From assembly GCA_964612665.1 (NCBI GenBank), contig CAZTCI010000003.1:272273-336272 (forward strand): 64,000 nt of DNA, written 5' to 3'. The notes beneath the pieces are model-generated. The model worked only from the letters and a program-made list of their open reading frames with translations. It did no database searches and was not told the origin of the DNA. The position numbers were made by a program, and so were the translations under genes. How positions within the stretch are numbered: position 1 is the first letter of the stretch; each line of letters opens with the position of its first letter. Source of the stretch: an uncultured Planctomycetales bacterium. Its GTDB lineage: Bacteria > Omnitrophota > Gorgyraeia > Zapsychrales > JAHFFX01. Of this stretch, positions 27,392-36,301 are shown in pieces.

Positions 27392-27781
27392 CTATTTCTT
27401 AGCTCGATAATTAAAAGCCCATAAATTATAAATCCACCCACCGATAAAACCACCAATCGTATCAGCCAAAAGATCAAAAGGATCGCACGAACGCCCAGGA
27501 ACAAAAGACTGATGAAACTCATCACTGGCACCATACAAAAAACAAAATACAACAGCCACTGCCCAAATCATATTTCCGCTCAATCCAGGTTTGGCGGATT
27601 TCAACGCCCGGCTCCATAATATGGCCAAAATAGAATACTCCGTCATGTGGATAACTTTATCAAAGTTATATCTCGACAATGGAGCGGACAAATTGGGGAC
27701 ACTCGATACGGCAAAAATAATACCAGAATAAACAATAAGTGGAAACCAAAATTTCAATAATTTCATAATATTTAGGCACAT
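27392..27781 (-). CDS. VanZ-like family membrane protein.
   Basis: 129 aa. DKVIHMTEYSIL...DEFHQSFVPGRSCDPFDLLADTIGG fits the VanZ pattern. Confidence 0.55.
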   Translation of the reverse strand: MCLNIMKLLKFWFPLIVYSGIIFAVSSVPNLSAPLSRYNFDKVIHMTEYSILAILWSRALKSAKPGLSGNMIWAVAVVFCFLYGASDEFHQSFVPGRSCDPFDLLADTIGGFIGGWIYNLWAFNYRAKK

Positions 27782-28050
27782 CCGCAGTTAGGTGAGCAAC
27801 CATGTGATTTCGGAGCTGCCGCGGGAGATTCGGGTTTGGCGTCCTTTGTACTAGCGACAGGTTCTTTCTGCTTATAATCGGTTTCATAGAATCCTTTTCC
27901 TTTAAAAATGATTCCGCTGCCGGTACCGATAAGCCTTTCTAAAGAAAATTTTGCGCATTTTGGACATTTTCTTAACCGGCTTTCGCTCATAGACTGCAGG
28001 ATTTCAAAACTATGACCGCATTTAGTGCACTCGTATTGGTATGTTGGCAT
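27772..28050 (-). CDS. FmdB-family zinc-ribbon protein.
   Basis: MPTYQYECTKCGHSFE...CPKC gives a CxxC-x17-CxxC arrangement. 92 aa. Confidence 0.6.
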   Translation of the reverse strand: MPTYQYECTKCGHSFEILQSMSESRLRKCPKCAKFSLERLIGTGSGIIFKGKGFYETDYKQKEPVASTKDAKPESPAAAPKSHGCSPNCGCA

Positions 28051-28092
28051 ATCGTAACTCCTGTAATGTACAGACGGCCCGCTGCGTCGTCT

Positions 28093-29253
28093 CTATTTAA
28101 AAACTTTCTTTATTTTTTCTGAAAAAGATCCGTTTTGACCACTTAGGTTTTCGCCGCTAACGCGGGCGAACTCTTCTAAAAGACGTTTTTGTTCGGGTGT
28201 TAATCTATTTGGAACTTGAAGCATGACCCGAACGTACTGGTCACCTTGTTCTCCGCCATGTAAATCGGGCATACCTTTATGACGCAAACGAAAAACTTTT
28301 CCGCTTTGCGTTGCGGGCGGAATCTTCATTGTAACGCTGCCGCTTAAAGTGGAAACCGAGACTTCATCACCCAGCGCGGCTTTGACAAAACTAATTGGTA
28401 GCTGCATATGGATGTCTTTATCGTCTCGCTGAAAGATGGAATGCGGTTGGATTCTGATTAAAATATAAAGATCACCATTTCCGGCTATTCCGCTTTCACC
28501 TTCGCCGCGAAGTCTTAATTGAGAGTCATTATCGACGCCGGGAGGAAAAGTAACTTCAAGAGATCTTTGAACACGTATCACGCCTTGACCGCTGCATTGC
28601 GGACAAGGTTCACTAATAATTTTGCCTTCGCCGCCGCAGGTCGAACAGGTTTGGGCCATACGGATAAATCCATTAGACATAATGATTTGGCCTTGACCTT
28701 TACAGGTAGGACAAGTTTTGGGTTTACTGCCGGGTTTGGCACCGCTCCCATTACACATAGAACAAGAATCATATCGTGGAACTTGGATCATTTTCTTAAC
28801 GCCAGTGTAAGCTTCTTCCAAGGTAAGCTCAACTTCATATTGAATATCACGTCCGCGCCGCCGGCGACGACCACCAGCGCCCCGGCCTTGAGAACCCGCC
28901 GTGCCGCCGAAAACATCAAAACCAAAATCTTCAAAAATACGTCCAAAGATATCACCCAATCCAGCGCCTTCAAACACACTGCTGAAATCAGCACCCTTAA
29001 AAATATCTTCGGTTGTATAACGCTGATCAATTCCCGAATGGCCGTACTGATCATACATCGCCCGCTTTTGCGGATCGGATAAAACGCCGTAAGCTTCGGA
29101 AATCTCTTTAAACTTTTCCTCAGCTTCTTTCTTTTTATCTTCCGGGACCCGGTCAGGGTGATGGGAAAGCGCGAGCGAGCGGTAAGCTTTTTTAATATCC
29201 GCTAACGTCGCGCTCTTGGGGACGCCTAGAATTTCGTAGTAATCTCTTTTCAT
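28093..29253 (-). CDS. dnaJ: Chaperone DnaJ.
   Basis: The J-domain (DYYEILGV...HPD), a G/F-rich region and four CxxCxGxG zinc repeats are present. Confidence 0.95.
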   Translation of the reverse strand: MKRDYYEILGVPKSATLADIKKAYRSLALSHHPDRVPEDKKKEAEEKFKEISEAYGVLSDPQKRAMYDQYGHSGIDQRYTTEDIFKGADFSSVFEGAGLGDIFGRIFEDFGFDVFGGTAGSQGRGAGGRRRRRGRDIQYEVELTLEEAYTGVKKMIQVPRYDSCSMCNGSGAKPGSKPKTCPTCKGQGQIIMSNGFIRMAQTCSTCGGEGKIISEPCPQCSGQGVIRVQRSLEVTFPPGVDNDSQLRLRGEGESGIAGNGDLYILIRIQPHSIFQRDDKDIHMQLPISFVKAALGDEVSVSTLSGSVTMKIPPATQSGKVFRLRHKGMPDLHGGEQGDQYVRVMLQVPNRLTPEQKRLLEEFARVSGENLSGQNGSFSEKIKKVFK

Positions 29254-29333
29254 GGTTGGAATGGAAAACGGCGGGCCCCCGCTGATAATTTAACGCTCCG
29301 GCGGGGGCCCATCGGATTTTTCTGCAACGCTAT

Positions 29334-31283
29334 TTAGTTCACCTTAAAATCCGCATCAATAATATCATCTTTCCCCCCAGAATCACCTTTTTTCTTTTCT
29401 TCTTTGGCGGATTCGGAAGCGGATCCTGAAGCACTGCCATCGCTGGAGCCCATACCTTGGGATCCTGAAGCCGCCCCTGCGCCTTGAGGTTGAGCTTGCT
29501 GTCCGGCGGTTGCTTTATAAACCTCTTCCGCCAATTTATGGCTGACGCGCTGAACAGATTCGCTGGCTTGTTTAATTTTTTGAGGATCTTTATTTTTGAT
29601 GGCTTCTTTTAAAGCGTCCAATTCTTTTTCAATATTTTCTTTATCGGTCGCGGAAACTTTATCACCGTAATCTTTGACCGCTTTTTCCGTCGAATAAAGT
29701 AAGCTGTTCGCCTGATTGATCATTTCAATTTCTTCTTTTTTCTTTTTATCTTCTTCCGCGTATTTTTCGGCTTCTTTGACCAGCCGGTTGATTTCGTCCT
29801 CAGACATCTTTTTAGGCGCGGTGATTTTGATGGATTGTTCTTTACCGGTCCCTTTATCCTTGGCTGAAACATGGACAAGGCCATCGGCGTCAATATCAAA
29901 GGTCACTTCGATTTGCGGAAGTCCGCGCGGCGCAGGAGGAAGTCCGACCAAATCAAAACGTCCGAGTTCGGTATTGTCGTTGGCCATTTGGCGTTCTCCT
30001 TGAAGAACGCGGATAGTAACCGCGGGCTGATTATCTTCAGCGGTTGAAAATGTCTGGCTCTTTTTCGTCGGGATCGTAGTATTGCGTTCAATTAATTTAG
30101 TAAAAACGCCTCCCAATGTTTCAATACCCAAGGAAAGCGGGGTCACGTCCAAAAGCAAAACTTCCTTCGCTTCGCCTTTAATAATGGAGGCCTGAACAGC
30201 GGCGCCCAAGGCCACGCATTCCATAGGATCGATTCCACGTTCAATCTTCTGACCCAATTCTTTTTCCACAAAAGTCTGCACCATGGGAATGCGGGTAGGT
30301 CCTCCGACGAGAATCACTTTGTCAACCTTCACTGTCTCGCCTAATTTACTCGAGGCATCTTTAACCGCTTGCTGGATTGGACCTCGGCAGCGATCAACGA
30401 TCGGCGCAATTAAACTTTCAAACTTTGCGCGGTTAATGGTCATAGTTAAGTGTTTGGGACCGGAAGCGTCCGCCGTGATAAACGGAAGGTTAATATCCGT
30501 CGAAACCGTACTCGAAAGTTCGATCTTAGCTTTTTCGGCGGCTTCGCGCAGACGCTGAAACGCCATCTTGTCATTCTTTAAATCGATACCGCTGTCTTTC
30601 TTAAACTCACTGATGATGTAATCAATGAGAACATTGTCCATATCGGTACCGCCTAACTGCGTGTCACCGCTCGTCGATAAAACTTCAAAAGTGGCGGCTT
30701 TATGGGTCTCATCCCAACCCATTTCCAAAATCGTAACGTCGAGCGTTCCACCGCCGAGATCAAAGACCAGAATCTTTTGTTCTTTACCGGCCTTATCCAA
30801 TCCATACGCTAAACATGCGGCCGTTGGTTCATTAATAATGCGAAGCACTTTAAGTCCGGCGATTTCTCCGGCGTCTTTGGTCGCTTGCCGCTGGTTATCA
30901 TTAAAATAAGCAGGAACAGTAATGACAACCTCTTCGACTTTGTCGCCTAAATATTTTTCAGCATCGGCCTTGATTTTTTGCAAAATAAAAGCGCTGACCT
31001 GTTGGGGCGAATATTCTTTGCCAAACACTTTGAATTTAAAATCAGTTCCCATTTTACGTTTGGCCGCGTAAATGGTTCCTTCGGAATTAATCGCAGCTTG
31101 CCGTCGGGCTGGTTCTCCGACCAGCAATTGTCCATCTTTAGTAAAAGCCACAAAAGATGGGAACGCTTTTCCCGACGCGACACCCGCACCTTCCGCTGAA
31201 GGAATAATCACGGGCCGGCCGCCTTCCATTACAGCTGCCGCAGAGTTTGAAGTTCCTAAATCAATTCCAATCGCTTTTGCCAT
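29334..31283 (-). CDS. dnaK: Chaperone DnaK (Hsp70).
   Basis: [18 protein letters not shown] and [15 protein letters not shown] are canonical Hsp70 motifs. Confidence 0.95.
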   Translation of the reverse strand: MAKAIGIDLGTSNSAAAVMEGGRPVIIPSAEGAGVASGKAFPSFVAFTKDGQLLVGEPARRQAAINSEGTIYAAKRKMGTDFKFKVFGKEYSPQQVSAFILQKIKADAEKYLGDKVEEVVITVPAYFNDNQRQATKDAGEIAGLKVLRIINEPTAACLAYGLDKAGKEQKILVFDLGGGTLDVTILEMGWDETHKAATFEVLSTSGDTQLGGTDMDNVLIDYIISEFKKDSGIDLKNDKMAFQRLREAAEKAKIELSSTVSTDINLPFITADASGPKHLTMTINRAKFESLIAPIVDRCRGPIQQAVKDASSKLGETVKVDKVILVGGPTRIPMVQTFVEKELGQKIERGIDPMECVALGAAVQASIIKGEAKEVLLLDVTPLSLGIETLGGVFTKLIERNTTIPTKKSQTFSTAEDNQPAVTIRVLQGERQMANDNTELGRFDLVGLPPAPRGLPQIEVTFDIDADGLVHVSAKDKGTGKEQSIKITAPKKMSEDEINRLVKEAEKYAEEDKKKKEEIEMINQANSLLYSTEKAVKDYGDKVSATDKENIEKELDALKEAIKNKDPQKIKQASESVQRVSHKLAEEVYKATAGQQAQPQGAGAASGSQGMGSSDGSASGSASESAKEEKKKGDSGGKDDIIDADFKVN

Positions 31284-31347
31284 GGCAACATCCCTCCTAG
31301 GAATTAAATTCCTAATTTCTATTGTTCAAACTTATTTAGTTGATTGT

Positions 31348-31977
31348 TTACTGTTCTGTAGGTAATTGTTTTTCTTCAGTATTTTCTTTGGCTGCATCCT
31401 TACATTTAACGACGTGAACTTTTGCTGTCCGCAAAACCCTGTCACCCATGAGATAACCTTTCTGAAATTCCTCGATGATCTCACCTTCTTTAGCATCTTC
31501 TTTTTCAGAAAGCATCAGGATCTCGTGGTAATTCGGATCAAATTTCCGGCCGAGTGTCTCAATTGTTTTAACGCTGTTTTTCTTAAGCATTTCGTAAATG
31601 TGCGCCATGACCATCTCAATTCCTTTTAAAAAGGCGCTATAATCCTCATGCTTCGCCTCGGCCGCCTCGACGGAGCGTTCTAAATCATCCAAAATATTTA
31701 AGAAGTCACTTAACAGCGCGGCGCCCGCGTATTTGGCCGTATCCTGCCGGTCTTTTTCCATGCGTTTACGGGCGTTATCAAATTCGGCAAACAGCCTTAA
31801 ATATTTATCTCTAAATTCCGCGGCTTCGGTGACCAGTTTATGATATTCACTTTCTTTAAGTGAAATTGTTTTCTCTTTCATAGCCGAGGCCTGTTCAGCT
31901 GGTTGATCAGCTGCGGCAGATTGAGGTTGAGAATCTTGAGCATTGTTAGTAATTTCGTTTTTGTCATCGCTTAGCAT
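31348..31977 (-). CDS. grpE: Nucleotide exchange factor GrpE.
   Basis: 209 aa. The GrpE-like core (RLFAEFDNARKRMEKD) is present and the gene sits between hrcA and dnaK. Confidence 0.9.
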   Translation of the reverse strand: MLSDDKNEITNNAQDSQPQSAAADQPAEQASAMKEKTISLKESEYHKLVTEAAEFRDKYLRLFAEFDNARKRMEKDRQDTAKYAGAALLSDFLNILDDLERSVEAAEAKHEDYSAFLKGIEMVMAHIYEMLKKNSVKTIETLGRKFDPNYHEILMLSEKEDAKEGEIIEEFQKGYLMGDRVLRTAKVHVVKCKDAAKENTEEKQLPTEQ

Positions 31978-31985
31978 AGTGAGAA

Positions 31986-32720
31986 TTACATCAATTCCGT
32001 CATCAATTCGGAAATGTATTCGAGTGTGGAAACAACTTTTTCATAATCCATGCTCGTCGGACCCAATACCGCCAGACGGCCGCTGGGACCGTTTTCGGTT
32101 TGATAACGCGCCACCGCCAAAGAACAGCTCGCAATCGGTGCGCAGGCGGTTTCCTGCCCGATAAAAATTTCAATTTTCTTTTCTAAATCCCGATTAATGA
32201 CCTGAAGGATGCGCTCCTTTTCTTCTAAAATTTGAAGGATGTTGCGGATCTTGGTTAAATCTTGAAGTTCTGGATATTCCACAACCAAACTCGTTCCGCG
32301 GTAAAAAATTTTATCCGGCTGGCTGTCGATGGACACAATGCTGGTGTAGTGGGTGATATCTGAAATAACTTGAGTGGTTTTTTGTAAAAGGGTTTCTAAT
32401 TCGCGTACGCCCTGCTGATATTCGGCTTTAATGCGTTCTTTTTCATTTTCCAAAAGCTGGATTTCATGCATCAAATGATCAACATAATAGCGGTAGCCTA
32501 ATTCGGTTGGCATACGGCCCGCGGAAGTATGCGGATGGGTTAGATAGCCGGATTCTTCAAGCTCAGCCAAGATGTTGCGGATGGTGGCCGGGCTTAATTC
32601 AAGATTATAAGCTGAAGCAATATAAGAAGAACTGACTGGGCTGACGGTTTTAATGTACTGGTCAACCACAATTCCCAAGACCAAATCTTTTCTTTGATGA
32701 TAATCAGGTTTTGGTGTCAT
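31986..32720 (-). CDS. hrcA: Heat-inducible transcription repressor HrcA (a short form, 244 aa).
   Basis: The winged-helix N-terminus (SSYIASAYNLELSPATIRNILAELEESGYL) is present. Two CIRCE-like operators lie directly upstream. Confidence 0.8.
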   Translation of the reverse strand: MTPKPDYHQRKDLVLGIVVDQYIKTVSPVSSSYIASAYNLELSPATIRNILAELEESGYLTHPHTSAGRMPTELGYRYYVDHLMHEIQLLENEKERIKAEYQQGVRELETLLQKTTQVISDITHYTSIVSIDSQPDKIFYRGTSLVVEYPELQDLTKIRNILQILEEKERILQVINRDLEKKIEIFIGQETACAPIASCSLAVARYQTENGPSGRLAVLGPTSMDYEKVVSTLEYISELMTELM

Positions 32721-32762
32721 ATGCGCTCTTCCTTATTTAGAAAGATGGGTTGATTTTTTGGA

Positions 32763-32789
32763 TTAGCACTCTTCTAATAAGAATGCTAA
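32763..32789. promoter_or_regulatory. CIRCE-like HrcA operator 1 (TTAGCACTC-N9-GAATGCTAA).
   Basis: Near-consensus CIRCE inverted repeat about 45 bp upstream of the hrcA start. Confidence 0.75.
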
Positions 32790-32842
32790 TGCGTATTTTA
32801 CTGATAGGTTTTTCATTGTCAATAAAAATTTTTTTCAACTAG

Positions 32843-32869
32843 TTAGCGCTCTAAAATAGAGAATGCTAA
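32843..32869. promoter_or_regulatory. CIRCE-like HrcA operator 2 (TTAGCGCTC-N9-GAATGCTAA).
   Basis: Second CIRCE-like inverted repeat, 80 bp from the first, immediately after the stop of the upstream gene. Confidence 0.7.
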
Positions 32870-32872
32870 CTC

Positions 32873-33397
32873 CTATTGCCCGTTCAAGACCTTAAAAATT
32901 CCTTGGCAAAATTGCGGCAAATCATCGGGTCGGCGACTTGAAACCATATGCCGATCAATCACAATAGGTTCATCAACCCACTGGGCGCCGGCATTAATTA
33001 AATCATCTTTAATGCCGGGCGTTGAAGTGCATTTAAAGCCGCGCATAATCCCAGCGGAAATTGGAATCCAGCCTGCATGGCAGATGTGGGCGACTAATTT
33101 TCTGGCTTCATGAATGTCGCGGGTTAATTGAAGAACCTTTGGATTGCGCCTTAACTGATCTGGCGCAAAACCGCCCGGAATGACAAGTCCTTCAAAATCC
33201 TTCGCAACGACTTGAGCAATCGCTGCGTTAGATTGACATGGATAACCATACTTCCCAAGATATACTTTTCCATTCTCATTCCCGGCGACAATCACCTCAT
33301 AACCCGCTTCAATCAAACGGTATCTAGGATACCATAATTCCATTTCTTCATAAACGTTGTCGACGAACATCAAGATCTTTTTTCTTAAAGCTGACAT
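32873..33397 (-). CDS. DJ-1/PfpI family protein.
   Basis: 174 aa. The nucleophile elbow is seen in LVAHICHAGWIP. Confidence 0.8.
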   Translation of the reverse strand: MSALRKKILMFVDNVYEEMELWYPRYRLIEAGYEVIVAGNENGKVYLGKYGYPCQSNAAIAQVVAKDFEGLVIPGGFAPDQLRRNPKVLQLTRDIHEARKLVAHICHAGWIPISAGIMRGFKCTSTPGIKDDLINAGAQWVDEPIVIDRHMVSSRRPDDLPQFCQGIFKVLNGQ

Positions 33398-33414
33398 CGC
33401 TAGTTCTCCTGAAT

Positions 33415-34602
33415 TTATTGATGTTTAATTCTATTTAAAATCCGTATTATGCCTTCCTGAAAAATTTTTTCTTCCGGCAAAAGACTGACCACAATGTAGG
33501 GTTCTTCTTTAAAATCAAAGAAATATCCAGGATGAACAAAAACGTAATCTTTTTCCAGTAGTTGGATAACCCAATCTCCTTCAGAGTAAGTCGCTGGCAA
33601 CCTTAAGATTCCATACCATCCACCTTCGATTTCAAAATATTCAATTTCGGTATTTGTCAACGCAGTTTCTTTTAAATAAGTCAAATTATTTTTTGTTCGT
33701 TGCCGAATAGCGCCTTGAATTTTATTTTGAAAACCAAACCATTCGCTTAATGCATTTTGCGACGGAGTATTCACTGAAAGGTAAGCGTCTGCAATAATTT
33801 CCAAACGCCCGAAGGCATTTTTCACTTGTTCGTCGGGACCACTCAAGATGATCCAGCCTAATTTCATCTGCGGCAAGGCCAAACTTTTTGAAATGCCGCC
33901 CAAACTAAAAGTTAAAACGTCATTGTTGCTGACTAAACTACATACGCGAGAAGGATTGGACAAAAATGCAAAATCCGCAAAAACTTCATCACAGATAAGA
34001 GACAGATGATGTTTTCGGCACAGCTGATTTAAGATGTGAAGTTCTTCTAAATTAAGGTAGGACCCCGTCGGGTTATTGGGATTGACTAAAATGATGCTTT
34101 TGGTCTTAGGGCCTATACAATTTTCTAACGCTGCCATATCAATATACCATCTTGATTTGTTATAAAGCAATGGATAAAAATCGGCGCGGGCGTCGTTCAA
34201 TTCTAAAAGGCATTGAAACAAAGGGTAACTGGGCTGGCCGATTAAAACCGCATCATCGACATTAAGCAAAAGGCGAAACAAAAACGCGTAGGCTTCGCTC
34301 GTTGAAGAAGTCAGAATTATTTGTTGTGGATGAATCCGATAACCTTTGCGGTCATAATAATCTGCGACAGCTTGGCGGGCTTTAAGCATTCCCGCCGAAG
34401 AAGGTTCATAAAGTAAATTTTTTGCTTTCGATAAATTCTGAAGAATGTCTTTTGCAGGGTAAGGAAAATGGCAGCGCGTCGGGTTTGATTCAGTCAAATC
34501 AATCAAAGGAACGTTGCGGCGGCGCAATGCCTCCAACCGCTGGATGAGCGGATTGGAATCGAGCGGCCAGTTGGTTCGGGTTGAAAAATTAACGGGGGGC
34601 AT
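33415..34602 (-). CDS. Aminotransferase class I/II (PLP-dependent).
   Basis: ILVNPNNPTGSYL...SLICDEVFADF and a SLGGISKSLALPQMKLGW lysine region are present. Confidence 0.75.
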   Translation of the reverse strand: MPPVNFSTRTNWPLDSNPLIQRLEALRRRNVPLIDLTESNPTRCHFPYPAKDILQNLSKAKNLLYEPSSAGMLKARQAVADYYDRKGYRIHPQQIILTSSTSEAYAFLFRLLLNVDDAVLIGQPSYPLFQCLLELNDARADFYPLLYNKSRWYIDMAALENCIGPKTKSIILVNPNNPTGSYLNLEELHILNQLCRKHHLSLICDEVFADFAFLSNPSRVCSLVSNNDVLTFSLGGISKSLALPQMKLGWIILSGPDEQVKNAFGRLEIIADAYLSVNTPSQNALSEWFGFQNKIQGAIRQRTKNNLTYLKETALTNTEIEYFEIEGGWYGILRLPATYSEGDWVIQLLEKDYVFVHPGYFFDFKEEPYIVVSLLPEEKIFQEGIIRILNRIKHQ

Positions 34603-34608
34603 ATTGAA

Positions 34609-34664
34609 CTAAAAAACGACGGGCGGGCCCTGTTCTGCGCCGAATCGGCGCCAGGGCCCACCCG
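34609..34664 (-). terminator. Intrinsic terminator downstream of the ferritin gene.
   Basis: GC-rich hairpin GGGCGGGCCCTG...CAGGGCCCACCCG followed on the minus strand by TTTTTT. Confidence 0.6.
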
Positions 34665-34677
34665 GCTATTTTACGGA

Positions 34678-35187
34678 TCAATCCTTCTCATCTTCCTTCT
34701 CTCTTAACTTCGCCATCTCATTGTCAATCAAAAGCAACCCGCGCCCTTCGGTGCCGGTGATTTTGATGATATCCAAAATCGAGGTAAAAAGTTTTTCTTC
34801 CTCGTGCTGTTCAGCCACATACCACTGCAAAAAATTAAACGTCCCATAATCTTTCTTGCTTAATGCCAAATCAACAATTTTATTGATCGACTGCGTTACG
34901 TGAATTTCATGTTCCAACGCTAGTTCAAAAACCTGCGTGATCGATTTGTAATTATACGGCGGCTCTTTAAGCGCTGAGACCTTCGCGTGCCCGCCGGCTT
35001 CATTCACATATTTGAGCATCCGCATCATATGCTCACGTTCCTCCTCGGACTGCTCATGCATAAACGCCGCCGACCCGCGCAGCCCACTTTTTTCAAGCCA
35101 CGACGCCATCGACAAATAATAATTCGAAGCATACGCTTCATTGGCCAACTGATTATTTAACGCCGTTTCGATTTCTTTGGATAACAT
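34678..35187 (-). CDS. Ferritin-like protein (bacterial non-haem ferritin).
   Basis: 169 aa. Ferritin diiron-site glutamates and histidine are present (EAYASNYY...EEREHMM...EHEIHV). Confidence 0.8.
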   Translation of the reverse strand: MLSKEIETALNNQLANEAYASNYYLSMASWLEKSGLRGSAAFMHEQSEEEREHMMRMLKYVNEAGGHAKVSALKEPPYNYKSITQVFELALEHEIHVTQSINKIVDLALSKKDYGTFNFLQWYVAEQHEEEKLFTSILDIIKITGTEGRGLLLIDNEMAKLREKEDEKD

Positions 35188-35241
35188 AGATTTCTCCTCC
35201 CATAATTTAAATCTAATCGCGTATTAATTTAACCATAATGT

Positions 35242-36291
35242 TTATGCTGGTGAATTGGAATCGTTATTATCTTTAGGCAACGGTGCGGACGGTGATTGTG
35301 GTGTTTCAGTTTCTTTTTCGATTGGCGATTCAGATGCTGACTGAGATTCGGCTGAAGTTGATGGAATCGGCGGTGTGGCTGGAAGCTCTTCGGGAATAAT
35401 GCGTAATTGTAAATATTCCGTTTCAGTTTTAGATTCTTGTGGCATTTCTGAAATGGCCGGTGGTCGTTCCGAGGATGGTGGCTCGACGGAAACAGATTGA
35501 ACCGGCGGCACTGGAGGCGGTTCAATAGGAATAGACTGTGCCGGTGTCTCAGGTTGTGCAGGTAATTTGGGAGTAGGTTTTTCCAGTATTGGAGATTGAA
35601 TTGCTGCTGCGGACGGGCGATCTCTTTTTAAACGCTCAATTTCTTTTTCCTTCTCTTTCAAAACGACTTCAAGTTTATCAAACTGTGATTTGGCAATCCA
35701 TTCGGTGGCCGCGTTTTTGTCTTTGTGTTTGGCCAATTCTCGTCGAAGGTCAGCCAGTTCTATCTTGTATTGATCTAATGTTGTCTCATACGCCTGGAGT
35801 TTGGTTGATAACGAACGCCGCTCGGTATTAGCGATTTCATAATCTTTTTTGACTTCCTTTAATTCATGGTCCAACCGCAACCGCACGGCGTGTTCTTCTT
35901 CAACCGATTGTTCAAGCTTCAACCGTTCTTGTTTAAATTGCGCCGCTTCTTTATTGCGGCGGCCCATTGTTTCCTGCTCTTTTTCCCGCCAGCTTTTTTC
36001 CTGGGCTAACTTTTCCTGCAGTTTTTTATTTTGTTCACGCGCATCGGCTAAATCTTTCTCAAGCGCGCGGTCATGGGAAAGTTCTTTTTCCATTTCCCCT
36101 TTTAGCGTTTCAATATGTTTTTCCAAACGGAAAATCTTAGACTCCAGCTCCTTCTCTTTTTCCGTCGGTTCATTCTTGGCTTTTACTTCTTTCTTTTTCT
36201 TTCCTTGTTTATCCGTCGGCAAGAGATAAATAATAATAAGAAGAATGACCGCCGCGATAATGACAATGCCTATTAATGTCATATTCGACAT
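35242..36291 (-). CDS. Membrane-anchored coiled-coil protein with a Pro-rich C-terminus (hypothetical).
   Basis: A single N-terminal transmembrane segment, a long Lys/Glu-rich coiled coil, and a PxxP-rich tail. Confidence 0.5.
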   Translation of the reverse strand: MSNMTLIGIVIIAAVILLIIIYLLPTDKQGKKKKEVKAKNEPTEKEKELESKIFRLEKHIETLKGEMEKELSHDRALEKDLADAREQNKKLQEKLAQEKSWREKEQETMGRRNKEAAQFKQERLKLEQSVEEEHAVRLRLDHELKEVKKDYEIANTERRSLSTKLQAYETTLDQYKIELADLRRELAKHKDKNAATEWIAKSQFDKLEVVLKEKEKEIERLKRDRPSAAAIQSPILEKPTPKLPAQPETPAQSIPIEPPPVPPVQSVSVEPPSSERPPAISEMPQESKTETEYLQLRIIPEELPATPPIPSTSAESQSASESPIEKETETPQSPSAPLPKDNNDSNSPA

Positions 36292-36301
36292 AATTGCACC
36301 T

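Noticed and set aside
868-31365. Numerous 60-160-aa antisense or out-of-frame ORFs inside the larger genes (for example 868-1125, 1103-1492, 4077-4316, 18384-18758, 19437-19925, 28519-29082, 30283-30558).
   Set aside because: They are completely embedded in longer ORFs that have clear family signatures on the opposite strand or another frame. They have no homology-like motifs or start context.
35229-35525. 98-aa ORF overlapping the 3' end of the coiled-coil gene on the same strand in another frame.
   Set aside because: The sequence is low-complexity and His/Arg/Pro-rich, and it is generated by the Pro/Glu-rich codons of the real gene. It is entirely nested and has no independent start context.
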